From: Nitrospiraceae bacterium
GTDB taxonomy: Bacteria > Nitrospirota > Nitrospiria > Nitrospirales > Nitrospiraceae
Assembly (NCBI GenBank): GCA_040255165.1
Contig: JBDZUK010000001.1
Span: 101,520 to 165,519 of the forward strand
DNA: 64,000 nt
Reading direction: 5' to 3'
Below, one piece after another: positions 21,218-32,997 of the stretch. Position 1 is the stretch's first letter; each line of letters opens with the position of its first letter. A model generated the notes under the pieces. It was not told where the DNA came from and ran no database searches. It saw only the letters and a list, made by a program, of their open reading frames with translations. A program made the position numbers and the translations under genes.

Positions 21218-22028
21218 CGCACGAATCGGCCGGAAGATTGTGTTCCTCGGCGGCGGGCAAATGGCCGAGGCCTTGATCGGCGGACTGCTGTCGGGAGGGG
21301 CGTGCGAGCCGGAGAGCCTGCGAGCTGCCGACCCGCTGCAGGCTCGGCGTGATCTGCTCAAACAGCGGTTCGGTATTCAGACCGGAAGCGACAACAGACA
21401 CGCGGTTGCCTGGGCCGATGTCATCGTGTTGGCCGTGAAACCGCAGATGATGGCCGGCGTGCTCGAGGATGTGGGGCCCGGATTGGCAGACCGGTTGGTG
21501 ATCTCCATTGCGGCCGGTATCCCGATTCAGAGCATCGCCGAGCGTGTGGCGCCGACGGCCCGCCTCATCCGGGCCATGCCCAACACGCCGGCCATCGTCC
21601 GGGAAGGCATGACGGCGCTCGCCTTCGGTTCCGGTGTGACGGAAGCCGACGTAGCCGTAGCCCGCTCCCTGTTCGAATGCGTCGGCCGGGTGGCGCCGGT
21701 CGAGGAGCGATTGATGGACGCGGTCACGGGACTCAGCGGGAGCGGCCCCGCGTACGTGTTTTTGGCCATCGAGGCCTTGGCCGACGGAGGCGTGAAGATG
21801 GGCTTGCCTCGGACGATCGCCGACCTGCTGGCTGCACAAACCGTGTTCGGTGCGGCGCGATTGGTGTTGCAAACGGCGGAGCATCCAGCGAAGCTGAAGG
21901 ACCGAGTGGCCTCCCCCGGCGGCACGACGATCGCGGGGTTGCATGTCCTTGAGCAGGGCGGGCTGCGCGCGGCGTTGATGGCCGCGGTGGAAGCGGCCAC
22001 ACTGCGGTCGCGGGACTTGGGGCGCTGA
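21210..22028 (+). CDS. proC: pyrroline-5-carboxylate reductase
   Basis: The ATG at 21210 overlaps the yggS end. It has the motifs IVFLGGGQMAEA, AVKPQ, and SPGGTTIAGL near the C-terminus. Confidence 0.9.
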   Translation: MDSARIGRKIVFLGGGQMAEALIGGLLSGGACEPESLRAADPLQARRDLLKQRFGIQTGSDNRHAVAWADVIVLAVKPQMMAGVLEDVGPGLADRLVISIAAGIPIQSIAERVAPTARLIRAMPNTPAIVREGMTALAFGSGVTEADVAVARSLFECVGRVAPVEERLMDAVTGLSGSGPAYVFLAIEALADGGVKMGLPRTIADLLAAQTVFGAARLVLQTAEHPAKLKDRVASPGGTTIAGLHVLEQGGLRAALMAAVEAATLRSRDLGR

Positions 22029-22336
22029 TGTTTGTCGCCGCGAATATCCTGGAAGGGCTCGCTCGCGTCACCGATTGGCTGCTTACGCTCTACATGTATG
22101 TGATCATCGCGCGCGCGTTAATCTCGTGGGTGAATCCGGACCCCTGGAATCCGATCGTCCAATTCTTGGAACGGGCGACGGAGCCGGTGCTCGGGCCGAT
22201 CCGCCGTCAGCTGGGCTGGCGCATGGGGATCGACTTGTCGCCGATCATCGCCATTCTGATCATCGTGTTTCTGCAGTATGCGTTGGTTCAGTCGTTGTTT
22301 GAGATGGCCAGGCGGATGCACACTGAATCCTATTGA
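22028..22336 (+). CDS. yggT: YggT-family membrane protein
   Basis: It is a small two-TM protein with the motif ARALISWVNPDPWNP and sits immediately after proC. Confidence 0.8.
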   Translation: MFVAANILEGLARVTDWLLTLYMYVIIARALISWVNPDPWNPIVQFLERATEPVLGPIRRQLGWRMGIDLSPIIAILIIVFLQYALVQSLFEMARRMHTESY

Positions 22337-22347
22337 GAGGTGGTCCC

Positions 22348-22860
22348 ATGAAAATCACTCCTCTGGACATTCAACAGATGGTGTTCCGTACCAAGTTCCG
22401 CGGGTACGATCGCGAGGAGGTCAATCGTTTCCTGGAGGAGCTGGCGCAGACCGTCGAGGCGCTGAACCGAGAGAACGCGGTGCTGCGCGAGAAGGTCGCC
22501 TTCACCGAACAACAGCTGGCCGACCTCAAGCGAACCGAATCCACGCTGTCCAACACGTTGGTGTCCGCGCAGACGCTGGCGGACGAGGTCAAGCGGGCCG
22601 CTCAGCGTGATTCCGAGCTCATCGTCCGGGAGGCGGAACTGAAAGCCGGCGAGCTTATCCGGCAGGCGAGAGTGGAGCTTGCCGAAACGCAGCGTGACCT
22701 GAGCCTGCTTCAAAAGCAACGGCTCCTCATGGTGGAACGGCTGCGCGCGTCGATCAGGACGTTTGAGCGGATGCTTGAGATCGAAGAGGCGGAGGCCTAT
22801 CAAGAGAGCGCGCCGGCTCCCGAAGAGAAGCTGGAGGGGGAATCGAGCCCCGCGCGCTGA
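22348..22860 (+). CDS. DivIVA-domain protein
   Basis: The N-terminus MKITPLDIQQMVFRTKFRGYDREEVNRFLEEL is the DivIVA lipid-binding domain signature. The rest is coiled coil. Confidence 0.75.
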   Translation: MKITPLDIQQMVFRTKFRGYDREEVNRFLEELAQTVEALNRENAVLREKVAFTEQQLADLKRTESTLSNTLVSAQTLADEVKRAAQRDSELIVREAELKAGELIRQARVELAETQRDLSLLQKQRLLMVERLRASIRTFERMLEIEEAEAYQESAPAPEEKLEGESSPAR

Positions 22861-22886
22861 GATCTGAACCTTCCTTTCGTTCGTTC

Positions 22887-24005
22887 ATGAATCGGGCCGA
22901 TCCTATCCACGCTGCCATGCAGGCGGCCGTCGCGGAGGGGGTGTTCCCCGGGGCGGTGCTCGCCGTGCGGCTCAAAGGGGAGATGCTGCATTGTGTGGCG
23001 GTGGGCCGCCTTTCTTCCGACCCTCCCGGCGGCCCCGTGAGCGTGCGCACTGTGTACGACCTTGCTTCCCTCACCAAACCTTTGGCGACGGCGACCGCCC
23101 TACTCCTTCTTGTCGACGGCGGCAAAGTGGCGGTGGAGACGAGAGTGGGAGACATCCTCACGGAGTTGAACGATTGCGCCATCGGAAGCGCTACCGTCCA
23201 AAGTCTCTTAAGCCACAGTTCCGGACTGCCCGGGTGGCGGGCGTATTATGAAAAGATGAGGGAGCCGACATCGGATCACACCGCGGAGGACAAACGGAGT
23301 TGGGCGCAGCGGCAAGTGATGGAGTTGATCAGGACGGAGGCGTTGTTGTACGAACCCGGCACGCGGAGTCTGTACAGCGATGTGGGTTTCATGTTGCTCG
23401 GTTTCATTGTGGAGCGGACATCGGGGTCCCCGCTGGATCGATTCTGCCTGAATGCAATCTATCGTCCACTCGATGCCAAACCGCTCGGCTTTCTCCCGCT
23501 GCATACCACGCGGGCATTCTGGGACGATTCAGCGATCGCGCCGACGGAACTCGATCTGAGACGAGGCCGGCTGTTGCGGGGCGAAGTGCATGACGACAAT
23601 GCGGGAGCCTTAGGAGGCGTCGCAGGGCATGCAGGCCTGTTTGGAACGGCCGCCGCCGTCTTGACTGTCTCGGGAGCCTGGCTTCGGGCATATCGGGGAA
23701 AGCCGTCCCCTCTTGCCGGGGAGTTGGTCCGCAGGTTTGTAACGCGGCAGGGTGTGCCGGAATCCAGCTGGGCTCTTGGTTGGGATACGCCCTCGACACC
23801 CTCGTCGTCAGGGCGGTATTTTTCCGACCGGTCGTTTGGACATCTGGGTTATACGGGAACGTCGTTGTGGATCGATCCGGTCGAAGAACTGGAGGTGGTG
23901 TTGCTGTCGAACCGGGTTCACCCGACGAGGAGAAACGAAAAGATCAAGGAATTCCGGCCGCTGATCCATGATCTGCTGTACCGGGAATGCGTAGGCGGGC
24001 GCTAG
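22887..24005 (+). CDS. beta-lactamase-related serine hydrolase
   Basis: It has an S-x-x-K motif (ASLTKPLATA), YSD, and HLGYTGTSLWIDP near the C-terminus. Confidence 0.7.
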   Translation: MNRADPIHAAMQAAVAEGVFPGAVLAVRLKGEMLHCVAVGRLSSDPPGGPVSVRTVYDLASLTKPLATATALLLLVDGGKVAVETRVGDILTELNDCAIGSATVQSLLSHSSGLPGWRAYYEKMREPTSDHTAEDKRSWAQRQVMELIRTEALLYEPGTRSLYSDVGFMLLGFIVERTSGSPLDRFCLNAIYRPLDAKPLGFLPLHTTRAFWDDSAIAPTELDLRRGRLLRGEVHDDNAGALGGVAGHAGLFGTAAAVLTVSGAWLRAYRGKPSPLAGELVRRFVTRQGVPESSWALGWDTPSTPSSSGRYFSDRSFGHLGYTGTSLWIDPVEELEVVLLSNRVHPTRRNEKIKEFRPLIHDLLYRECVGGR

Positions 24006-24319
24006 GTGTTATCGGGGTATTCAATCCAGGTTTCCTTCTCCGCAAGGTAGCGGTTGCCCTTGAAGTTCGGCCTGGTTCTCATGCGGCGGAAGCCGAGCGC
24101 CTGCAGCTTGTCCACCAACTCTTTGACCGCCGCTGCGATGGTGGGATGCGACGAGCTCTCGACCGTGAAGGCTTCGTACGTGACTTTGGCAGCGTACCCG
24201 GTTGCCGTGCGGTTGACGAGAACGGCTCGGTTGAAATACCGATCGCTGGGGTCGACCCCTTCGATCTGATGCTTCTCCACCAAGCCTTCTTTCTTGAACA
24301 GCAGCGGAAGAACGCTCAT
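24002..24319 (-). CDS. hypothetical protein (about 105 aa)
   Basis: I used the ATG at 24319. The TTG at 24403 given in the ORF track falls inside the pgsA promoter. I recognise no family. The gene is convergent with the hydrolase gene and overlaps it by 4 nt. Confidence 0.4.
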   Translation of the reverse strand: MSVLPLLFKKEGLVEKHQIEGVDPSDRYFNRAVLVNRTATGYAAKVTYEAFTVESSSHPTIAAAVKELVDKLQALGFRRMRTRPNFKGNRYLAEKETWIEYPDNT

Positions 24320-24396
24320 TGAAACCTCCGTAAAGCGACGCAGGACAGCCGGCGCGTGTCGATTATAGAAGCCGGTTTCGCCGAGTGCAACCCTCG

Positions 24397-24425
24397 TTGA
24401 CAACCCTCCACCTGCTCTCTATGAT
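24397..24425 (+). promoter_or_regulatory. sigma70-like promoter upstream of pgsA
   Basis: TTGACA (24397-24402), a 17-nt spacer, then TATGAT (24420-24425). Confidence 0.45.
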
Positions 24426-24504
24426 CCCGTCGCGCTGCCTGGCTGAGCGGCTCCATCGTGGGCGGCGTATCAGCCTGAGCCGCTCTCGACCGCGCCGATG
24501 ATCC

Positions 24505-25038
24505 ATGAATATCCCCAATAGCCTGACGATTCTGCGGATCCTGCTGATCCCGGTTTATGTGGGCTTCCTTGTGTATGAACGGTACGATCAGGCGTTGTGG
24601 GTGTTGCTGCTTGCCGGCGTCACCGATGCGCTGGACGGGACCATTGCGCGCGTGGCGAATCAACGGACCCGTTTGGGGGCCGTGCTCGATCCGCTGGCCG
24701 ACAAACTCCTCCTGACGTCCGGGTTCATCGCGTTGTCGACTTTGCACCTCATCCCCTCGTGGATTGCCATCTTGGTCGTCAGCCGCGATCTAATCCTCAT
24801 GCTTGGAACGGTGATGGCCCATCTGACCGAGTCGCCGGTGGACATCAGCCCGACTATTCTGGGAAAAGGCACTACACTGTCCCAATTAGCATATATCCTC
24901 TTGGTCGTCTTTCTGTCGTCCCGCCACGTCGATCTCTCCGTTATTGAGCCGGTGCTGTACGCCATGGTTACGCTCACTCTAGTGTCGGGATTCCACTACC
25001 TGTATCGAGGTTATCGGCACGCCAACGCCGGCGGGTGA
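24505..25038 (+). CDS. pgsA: CDP-alcohol phosphatidyltransferase, probably CDP-diacylglycerol--glycerol-3-phosphate phosphatidyltransferase
   Basis: It has the motif D-x2-DG-x2-AR-x8-G-x3-D-x3-D (TDALDGTIARVANQRTRLGAVLDPLADK), is about 177 aa, and has multiple TMs. Confidence 0.75.
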   Translation: MNIPNSLTILRILLIPVYVGFLVYERYDQALWVLLLAGVTDALDGTIARVANQRTRLGAVLDPLADKLLLTSGFIALSTLHLIPSWIAILVVSRDLILMLGTVMAHLTESPVDISPTILGKGTTLSQLAYILLVVFLSSRHVDLSVIEPVLYAMVTLTLVSGFHYLYRGYRHANAGG

Positions 25039-25086
25039 CATTGAAGTGCTTGTCGAGAACCGCCTGCGTGCGTATTGTCGATTTGT

Positions 25087-25115
25087 TTGACAGGTTTTCA
25101 CCCCCTCAGTAGACT
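25087..25115 (+). promoter_or_regulatory. sigma70-like promoter upstream of pilC
   Basis: TTGACA (25087-25092), a 17-nt spacer, then TAGACT (25110-25115). Confidence 0.45.
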
Positions 25116-25184
25116 CGCTCTAGTCATTCTCCTGGATTCCCAAGCAGCACGCGCGGGATCACGCAAACCCGGCAGGAACCTTCC

Positions 25185-26399
25185 ATGGCTACCTTCGCAT
25201 ACGTCGGTCGCAACCGATCCGGATTGGTGAAGAAAGGCGAGTTGGTCGCCAAGTCACGCGACGAGGCCGTCGAACAGCTTCGCAAACAGAGCGTTGTGGT
25301 CACCAGCCTGGAAGAAAAAGCCGGCGGCAAAGGCTTCAATCTCAGTTTCGGCAGTGGGATCACAGACAAGGATTTGGTCGTGTTCACCAGGCAGTTCGGC
25401 ACGATGATCAATGCCGGCCTCCCGTTGATCCAATGTTTGGAAATTCTTTCGACGCAATCAGAGAATAAGGTGCTGCGCGAGGCCCTAGCGGATATCAAGG
25501 TGAACGTGGAAAGCGGTTCGACATTCTCGGATGCCTTGAAAAAACACCCAAGGATATTTGACGAGCTGTACGTCAACATGATTCACGCCGGAGAGGTCGG
25601 CGGGCTTCTCGACACGATTCTGACCCGCTTGGCCAAGCACATCGAGAAAGCGATGAAACTGAAGGGGCAGATCAAGTCTGCCATGGTCTATCCGGCGGCC
25701 ATTATGGGAGTGGCGGTCATTGTCATCACGGTGCTGATGATCTGGGTCATCCCGATATTCGCCAAAATGTTTGCCGAGATGTCGGGCGGCAAAGTAGGTC
25801 TGCCGGGACCTACGCAGCTCGTCATCGATACCAGCAACTTTTTTCAGGCGTACTTTATTTATATCGGCCTCGGGCTGGTGGGTCTAGTCGTCGGAATCAA
25901 GAAGTACTATCGGACTCCTAAAGGAAAGTACAACATCGACAAATTTTTGTTGAAAGTTCCCATTTGCGGCGACTTGATTCGCAAGGCCTCTGTGGCGAAG
26001 TTTACCCGTACGCTCGGGACCCTGATTACAAGCGGGGTCCCGCTGTTGGAAGGGCTGTCAATCTGCGCCAAGACATCGGGAAACAAGATTATCGAAGAGG
26101 CGCTTATGAACGCGCGCATCAGTATCAGCGGCGGCAAAACAATTTCCGAACCCCTTGCGAAGAGCGAAACGTTCCCCAAAATGGTGACCCACATGATCGC
26201 GGTCGGAGAATCGACCGGAGCCCTCGATGCCATGCTCGGCAAAATTGCGGACTTTTATGAAGATGAGGTGGATCAGGCGGTCGCCTCGCTGACCTCGCTC
26301 TTGGAGCCCATGATGATGGTTTTTCTCGGTACCATCATCGGCTTCATCGTCATCGCCATGTACTTGCCGATCTTCACCATGGCGTCGGCGATTGGATAG
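25185..26399 (+). CDS. pilC: type IV pilus platform protein PilC (GspF family)
   Basis: It has two GspF repeats (FTRQFGTMINAGLPLIQCLEIL and FTRTLGTLITSGVPLLEGLSI), three TMs, and is about 400 aa. Confidence 0.9.
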   Translation: MATFAYVGRNRSGLVKKGELVAKSRDEAVEQLRKQSVVVTSLEEKAGGKGFNLSFGSGITDKDLVVFTRQFGTMINAGLPLIQCLEILSTQSENKVLREALADIKVNVESGSTFSDALKKHPRIFDELYVNMIHAGEVGGLLDTILTRLAKHIEKAMKLKGQIKSAMVYPAAIMGVAVIVITVLMIWVIPIFAKMFAEMSGGKVGLPGPTQLVIDTSNFFQAYFIYIGLGLVGLVVGIKKYYRTPKGKYNIDKFLLKVPICGDLIRKASVAKFTRTLGTLITSGVPLLEGLSICAKTSGNKIIEEALMNARISISGGKTISEPLAKSETFPKMVTHMIAVGESTGALDAMLGKIADFYEDEVDQAVASLTSLLEPMMMVFLGTIIGFIVIAMYLPIFTMASAIG

Positions 26400-26470
26400 C
26401 AACCATGACTACGGTCATCTTATCGCGCTTCCATTCAAATCTTGGCTTCCAATAGTGGTTGCCGGGCCTC

Positions 26471-28152
26471 ATGAATGAGCTCAAAACTCGGCTCCATTGG
26501 CTCATGGGGCTTCGGGTGCTGCTCGTCACGCTGTTGCTCGGACTCTCCCTGACCTTTCAGGTGACCAAAGGCGAGCGAGTCGAGACGTTTTACGCCCTCA
26601 TCGTCCTTACCTACGCCATCACCATTCCTTATGTGCTGCTTCTGCGGTACCTGCGGACCGCGCACGCATTGACGGTCTTCGCCTGGTTTCAAGTCGGAAT
26701 GGATTTCCTGCTCGAGACGGTGTTGATCGCCCGAACGGGAGGAATCGAGAGCCCGTTCGCGGTCTTGTACGTGATCACGGTCACCGTGGCCAGTCTGGTG
26801 CCGCGCCGCCGCGTCGGGCTCCTCACAGCCAGCCTGTGCATCATCCTGTTCGGCCTTCTCACCAACGTGCAGCACTACGGACTGGTTGAGCAATGGGGCT
26901 GGTTGCCTCGAAGCCGGCTCAGCGCGCCGGAAACGCTGCAAACATTCGGGGTGTATGGTCTGGCCTTTCTCGTCGTCGGGTTTTTGAGCGGAGCCCTCGC
27001 CGATCAACTCCGGAAGGCCGACGAATCGTTGAAGGAAAAGGAGCAAGGGCTGACGAGGCTCCAGGCCTTCCACGAGAATATCGTGCAAAGCATCAGCAGC
27101 GGAGTCTTCACGACCGATGCCGGAGGCCGCATCACTTCCTTAAACCCCGCTGCGCAAGAGGTGACGGGATACTCGCTCGATCAGGTCAGGGGCAGGCTCT
27201 GGCGCGACGTGTTCAACTGGCATCCGAATCACGAGTCGGACGAGCAGGCTCTCGCGGCCTTCACGGCCACGATGCGCTCCGAGGTGGAGTGCAAGAGGGC
27301 GGACGGAAGCCGGCTGATCCTCGGAATGACCTTATCGCCGTTGCACGAGCAGGGCACCCGGACGGGGTTGGTCGGCGTTTTCAAGGATCTCACCCAGATT
27401 CGCGATATGGAAGAGGAGATGCGCAGAAAGGAATGGCTCGCGACGTTGGGGGAGATGTCGGCCGGGATGGCGCATGAGATCCGCAACCCGCTCGGCGCGC
27501 TCGCCGGCGCGATGCAGATGTTGCGAAAGGACGTGGCGTCGGACGACACGAGCCAGCGGCTCATGGACATCGCCATTCGTGAGGCGCGGCGGCTCGATAC
27601 GATCATCACCGAATTTCTTCTCTACGCGCGGCCGCCGGCGCTTAATGTCGCCGAGTGCGACCTTAACAAAATACTTGCCGAGACGCTGGATCTGGTACAA
27701 CATGAAGCTCGCACACGAACCAACATCAAGATTGTCACCGGGCTTGCGACGGGGACGTTGGCAGCGCAGGTGGATGCCGATCAACTGAAGCAGGTGTTCT
27801 GGAATCTCGCAACCAACGCGTTCGATGCCATGCCGGCCGGAGGACAACTCACGATCTCGACCGGCGCCCGCCAAGTCGATGCCGTCGGCCGAAAAGGCGA
27901 GGTGGTGGAAATCACATTCCAAGACACGGGGGAAGGCATTCCACGAGAAAACCTCACCAAGATTTTTCTTCCCTTCTTCACCACGAAGAAAGAGGGATCG
28001 GGGTTGGGCCTGGCCGCTGTTCACCGCATCGTCGATCTGCACGATGGATGGATCAAAGTAGAAAGCCAGGTTCAGAAAGGATCCAGATTTGTCGTGTGTC
28101 TGCCTCGCTCGGCCGAGAGCGGTGTGAGGCTGTGGCACGAGGGTAGGGAGCC

Positions 28153-28168
<16 letters not shown>
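26471..28168 (+). CDS. PilS-like sensor histidine kinase (multi-TM, PAS, HisKA, HATPase)
   Basis: It has an N-terminal polytopic domain, a PAS domain (FTTDAGGRITSLNPAAQEVTGY), an H-box (AGMAHEIRNPL), an N-box, and G-boxes (DTGEGI, GSGLGLA). It sits next to pilC and a sigma54 activator. Confidence 0.8.
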
Positions 28169-29527
<1,359 letters not shown>

Positions 29528-29535
<8 letters not shown>

Positions 29536-30469
29536 ATCCTCTTGGTCCGACAGTTCTTCCGTCACGGTTCTTGCTCCCGCCAAGATTAATCTCATTCTGC
29601 GAGTGCTGGATCGCCGATCCGACGGCTATCACAACCTGTGGTCGTTGATGCAGACCGTTGCGTTGGAAGACGAGATTCGAATCTCCCCGCAGACGGTCTC
29701 CGGGGACATCCGCCTTCGGTGCAACGTCGCCGGTTTGGCGACGGACCGCAGCAATCTGGTGTATCGGGCTGCGGCGGCGGTCTTGGATCGCGCGGGTTCG
29801 GGCCCGGGTCTCGACATCGACCTGGTTAAACGGATTCCTATGGGAGCCGGCCTGGGGGGCGGCAGCAGTGACGCGGCGGCGACGATCCGTGCGTTAAACC
29901 AAGCCCTGTGTCTAGGCTGGTCGGCAGAGACCATGAGCGAGGTCGGGCAGGCATTGGGCAGCGACGTCCCCTTTTTCTTTTATGCGCCCAGCGGCTGCGT
30001 GTGGGGCCGCGGTGAATTGGTCAAACCGATTCGCCTGCAGGGAAGTCGATGGATCGTGCTCGTCAACCCGGGATTTCCGGTTGAGACTCGATGGGCATAT
30101 CAGCAACTCACCTCAACGCGAGCCGAGGTGCGTCCTTTGTCGCCCGCTATCCGGGACATCGAGCAGGAGTCAGCACTGGACTGGAGCCGGGCGACCGCGC
30201 TCGCGGAAAACGATTTCGAAGAGGCCGTTTTCGCGGCCTATCCTCTCCTGCGCCGAATCAAACAGGACTTGCTGGCTCAAGGAGCGGAGACCGCGCTGCT
30301 GTCGGGCAGCGGAGCGACGGTTTTTGGGGTCTTTACAGAGGAAGCGACTGCGCGGCGCGCGAAGGCAATACTGAAAGCGGATCGCCGATTCACAGTCTTT
30401 GCCGCTCCGACGTGCTCGGGTCCTCTGGTCGTCGCATCGGCAACTGCCGTCGAGTCTCCGCTCGGTTGA
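29528..30469 (+). CDS. ispE: 4-diphosphocytidyl-2-C-methyl-D-erythritol kinase
   Basis: It belongs to the GHMP kinase family, with the motifs APAKINLILRV and IPMGAGLGGGSSDAAA. Its start overlaps the regulator stop by 8 nt. Confidence 0.88.
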
Positions 30470-30495
30470 CAAGCGGCCGGCCTTTCCGATAAATT
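30466..30495 (+). promoter_or_regulatory. sigma70-like promoter upstream of prs
   Basis: A TTGACA (30466-30471) that overlaps the ispE stop, an 18-nt spacer, then TAAATT (30490-30495). Confidence 0.35.
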
Positions 30496-30641
30496 CGATG
30501 CCCTTGGTTGGCTTCCTCAGCGTCGCATAGCGAAAGAGGTTGGCGGGACAGGCAGCGATTCCCGCCGGTGCCCACCGTATATCAGAGAACCACCCGAATT
30601 CCGGTCGTTTCGAAGACCCTCAGGACGGACCGAGGAGTTCA

Positions 30642-31586
30642 ATGAGCAGGGAACTGAAGCTCTTCTCCGGCAACGCCAATCCTGCGCTTGCCACGGAGAT
30701 TTGCGGCTATTTGGGCATCAAGCTCGGCGAGGCCACCGTGTCTTCCTTCAGCGACGGTGAAATTCGCGTGAAGGTCGAAGAGAATGTCCGCGGGGCGGAC
30801 GTCTTCGTCGTGCAGTCCTGTTGCCAGCCGGTCAACGATTCCCTGATGGAGTTGCTCATCATCATCGACGCGCTGAAGCGGTCGTCGGCAAACCGCATCA
30901 CCGCGGTGATTCCCTATTTCGGCTATGCCCGCCAGGATCGTAAGGATCAGCCGCGCGTGCCCATCTCGGCGAAGCTGGTCGCCGATTTGATCACCACGGC
31001 CGGCGCCGATCGGGTGCTGACGATGGATCTGCATGCGGGCCAGATACAGGGCTTTTTCAACATTCCTGTCGACCACCTGTACGCGTTGCCGGTTCTGTTG
31101 GACTACATCACGAAGCGAAAGATCACCGATCTCGTCGTCGTGTCTCCCGACGCCGGCGGTGTGGAGCGGGCGCGCGCGTTTGCCAAGCGGCTTCAGGCCA
31201 ATTTGGCGATCATCGACAAGCGGCGCGAAGGGCCGAACCAAACCCAGATCATGAACATCATCGGCGACGTGGACGGCAAGAGCGCGCTGTTGTTGGACGA
31301 CATGATCGATACGGCCGGCACGATCGTGCAGGGCGCGCAGGCTTGCATCGACAAAGGGGCGCGCGAGGTCTGGGCCGCCTGTACGCATGCGGTTCTGTCG
31401 GGCCCGGCACTGGAACGAATGCAAAAATCCTGTTTGAATCAGGTGGTCATCACGAATACGATTCCCATGCGCGGGAAAGATCAGGCTTGTCCCAAGCTGC
31501 ATCAATTGTCGGTCGCCCCGTTGCTGGGGGAGGCGATCAGGCGGATTCACGAGGACGAGTCGGTCAGTTCCTTGTTTGTGCCATAA
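30642..31586 (+). CDS. prs: ribose-phosphate pyrophosphokinase
   Basis: The start reads [17 protein letters not shown]. It has the motifs YARQDRK and a PRPP-binding loop ([23 protein letters not shown]). GAGGAG lies upstream. Confidence 0.93.
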   Translation: MSRELKLFSGNANPALATEICGYLGIKLGEATVSSFSDGEIRVKVEENVRGADVFVVQSCCQPVNDSLMELLIIIDALKRSSANRITAVIPYFGYARQDRKDQPRVPISAKLVADLITTAGADRVLTMDLHAGQIQGFFNIPVDHLYALPVLLDYITKRKITDLVVVSPDAGGVERARAFAKRLQANLAIIDKRREGPNQTQIMNIIGDVDGKSALLLDDMIDTAGTIVQGAQACIDKGAREVWAACTHAVLSGPALERMQKSCLNQVVITNTIPMRGKDQACPKLHQLSVAPLLGEAIRRIHEDESVSSLFVP

Positions 31587-31615
31587 AGCGAGACGCGGGG
31601 ACGAAGGAGACGAAC

Positions 31616-32356
31616 ATGAAATTCGAGTTGTCAGTTACAGTACGCGAGCGGGCGGGTAAAGGCGTGGCGCGTCAGCTCAGACGGAACGGAAAAGTGCCGG
31701 CCGTGCTCTATGGACAGGGCGAGTGTGTTCTGCTCACCATGAATCCGGACGATCTCGTCAAGATTCTCAAGTCACATGCCGGCACCACGGCGCTGATCGC
31801 TCTGACGATCGACGGCGTCAAGGCCAAGGTCAAACGGACAGCGCTGCTTCGGGACTACCAGGTGGATCCGGTGACCGGCGAAGTCCTGCACGCGGACCTG
31901 TTCGAAGTCTCGATGGACAAGCCTATTCGCGTGAAAGTCCCCGTGCACGTGATCGGCGGCGTTCCGGCCGGCGTGAAAGAGGGCGGCGTCCTTCATCACA
32001 ACTTGCGCGAGTTGCACGTCGAATGTCTTCCCTCGGCGCTGCCCGATTTCATCGAGGTTGATGCGTCCGGGTTGAATATCAACCAGGGCATTCACGTGCG
32101 CGAGGTTGCCAAGCGGGAGGGTGTTCGTTACCTCGACGAGGCGGACCAAATGGTCGTCAGCGTGGCGGCGCCGATGTCCGAGGCTAAACTCGAAGCATTG
32201 CTCACGGCCGGTGCTGGCGCCCCTGCTCCGGGCGAACCGGAAGTGATTGCCAAGGGGAAGGAAGCGGGGCCCGAGGGTGCGGCTGGGGCAGCTCCGGCGG
32301 CTGAGACCAAGGAAGTCCCCAAGGCTGAAAAGAAGGAACCTGAAAAGAAGAAGTAG
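31616..32356 (+). CDS. rplY: ribosomal protein L25 / general stress protein Ctc
   Basis: The N-terminus is RERAGKGVARQLRRNGKVPAVLYG. It is the long Ctc form with an Ala/Pro/Lys/Glu-rich tail. AAGGAGA lies upstream. Confidence 0.85.
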   Translation: MKFELSVTVRERAGKGVARQLRRNGKVPAVLYGQGECVLLTMNPDDLVKILKSHAGTTALIALTIDGVKAKVKRTALLRDYQVDPVTGEVLHADLFEVSMDKPIRVKVPVHVIGGVPAGVKEGGVLHHNLRELHVECLPSALPDFIEVDASGLNINQGIHVREVAKREGVRYLDEADQMVVSVAAPMSEAKLEALLTAGAGAPAPGEPEVIAKGKEAGPEGAAGAAPAAETKEVPKAEKKEPEKKK

Positions 32357-32358
32357 CG

Positions 32359-32940
32359 GTGCGTCTCATCGTTGGACTGGGCAATCCCGGTACCGCCTAC
32401 GCCCAGACGCGCCACAACGTCGGCATGTGGGCCGTCGAGCGGGCCGCTGCTCGATGGTCCATCCGGCTCGCCGCCCGCGGCACGAGTCGGCGAGGGAGCG
32501 GACGACTGGGGTCCGAGCCGATCGAGCTGGTCGGCGCTCTCGACTGGATGAACGTCAGTGGCCCCCCGCTGAAGGCAATCCTCCGCGAACTCGACCTCGC
32601 CCCTGAACACCTCGTCGTCATTCATGATGATCTGGATCTGGAGCCGGGCCGGCTGCGGATCAAGCAGGCCGGCGGCCACGGCGGCCACAACGGCATCAAG
32701 TCGATCATCGACGCGATCGGGACGCCGCAATTCGTGCGACTGAAGATCGGCATCGGGCGCCCCGCGTCGGGGCAGGACAGCGCCGACTATGTGCTGGAGC
32801 CCTTTACGAAAGACGAACGAGACGTCCTGGAACCCTGCCTCGATCGTGCCGTCGACGCCCTCGAATGCCTGATCGCCCGCGGTACCGCGGTGGCGATGAA
32901 TCAGTTCAACGTACGGGAACAAAAAGACCATGATGAGTGA
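32359..32940 (+). CDS. pth: peptidyl-tRNA hydrolase
   Basis: It has the motifs LIVGLGNPGTAYAQTRHNVG and GGHGGHNG(I)KS. Confidence 0.92.
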   Translation: MRLIVGLGNPGTAYAQTRHNVGMWAVERAAARWSIRLAARGTSRRGSGRLGSEPIELVGALDWMNVSGPPLKAILRELDLAPEHLVVIHDDLDLEPGRLRIKQAGGHGGHNGIKSIIDAIGTPQFVRLKIGIGRPASGQDSADYVLEPFTKDERDVLEPCLDRAVDALECLIARGTAVAMNQFNVREQKDHDE

Positions 32941-32997
32941 TGAGCTCATGACATTAACTAAGCATCCAGAACTTCGAATTCAGGACTGCTGAACGCT

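Noticed and set aside
30470-30641. A possible tRNA or small RNA in the ispE-prs spacer, which holds a tRNA in some bacteria. A GGCGGGA-N11-TCCCGCC hairpin lies at 30542-30566.
   Set aside because: The region shows no cloverleaf, acceptor/T-arm arrangement or GTTC-type T-loop. The hairpin is short and lacks a U-tract, so it is probably only leader structure downstream of the prs promoter.
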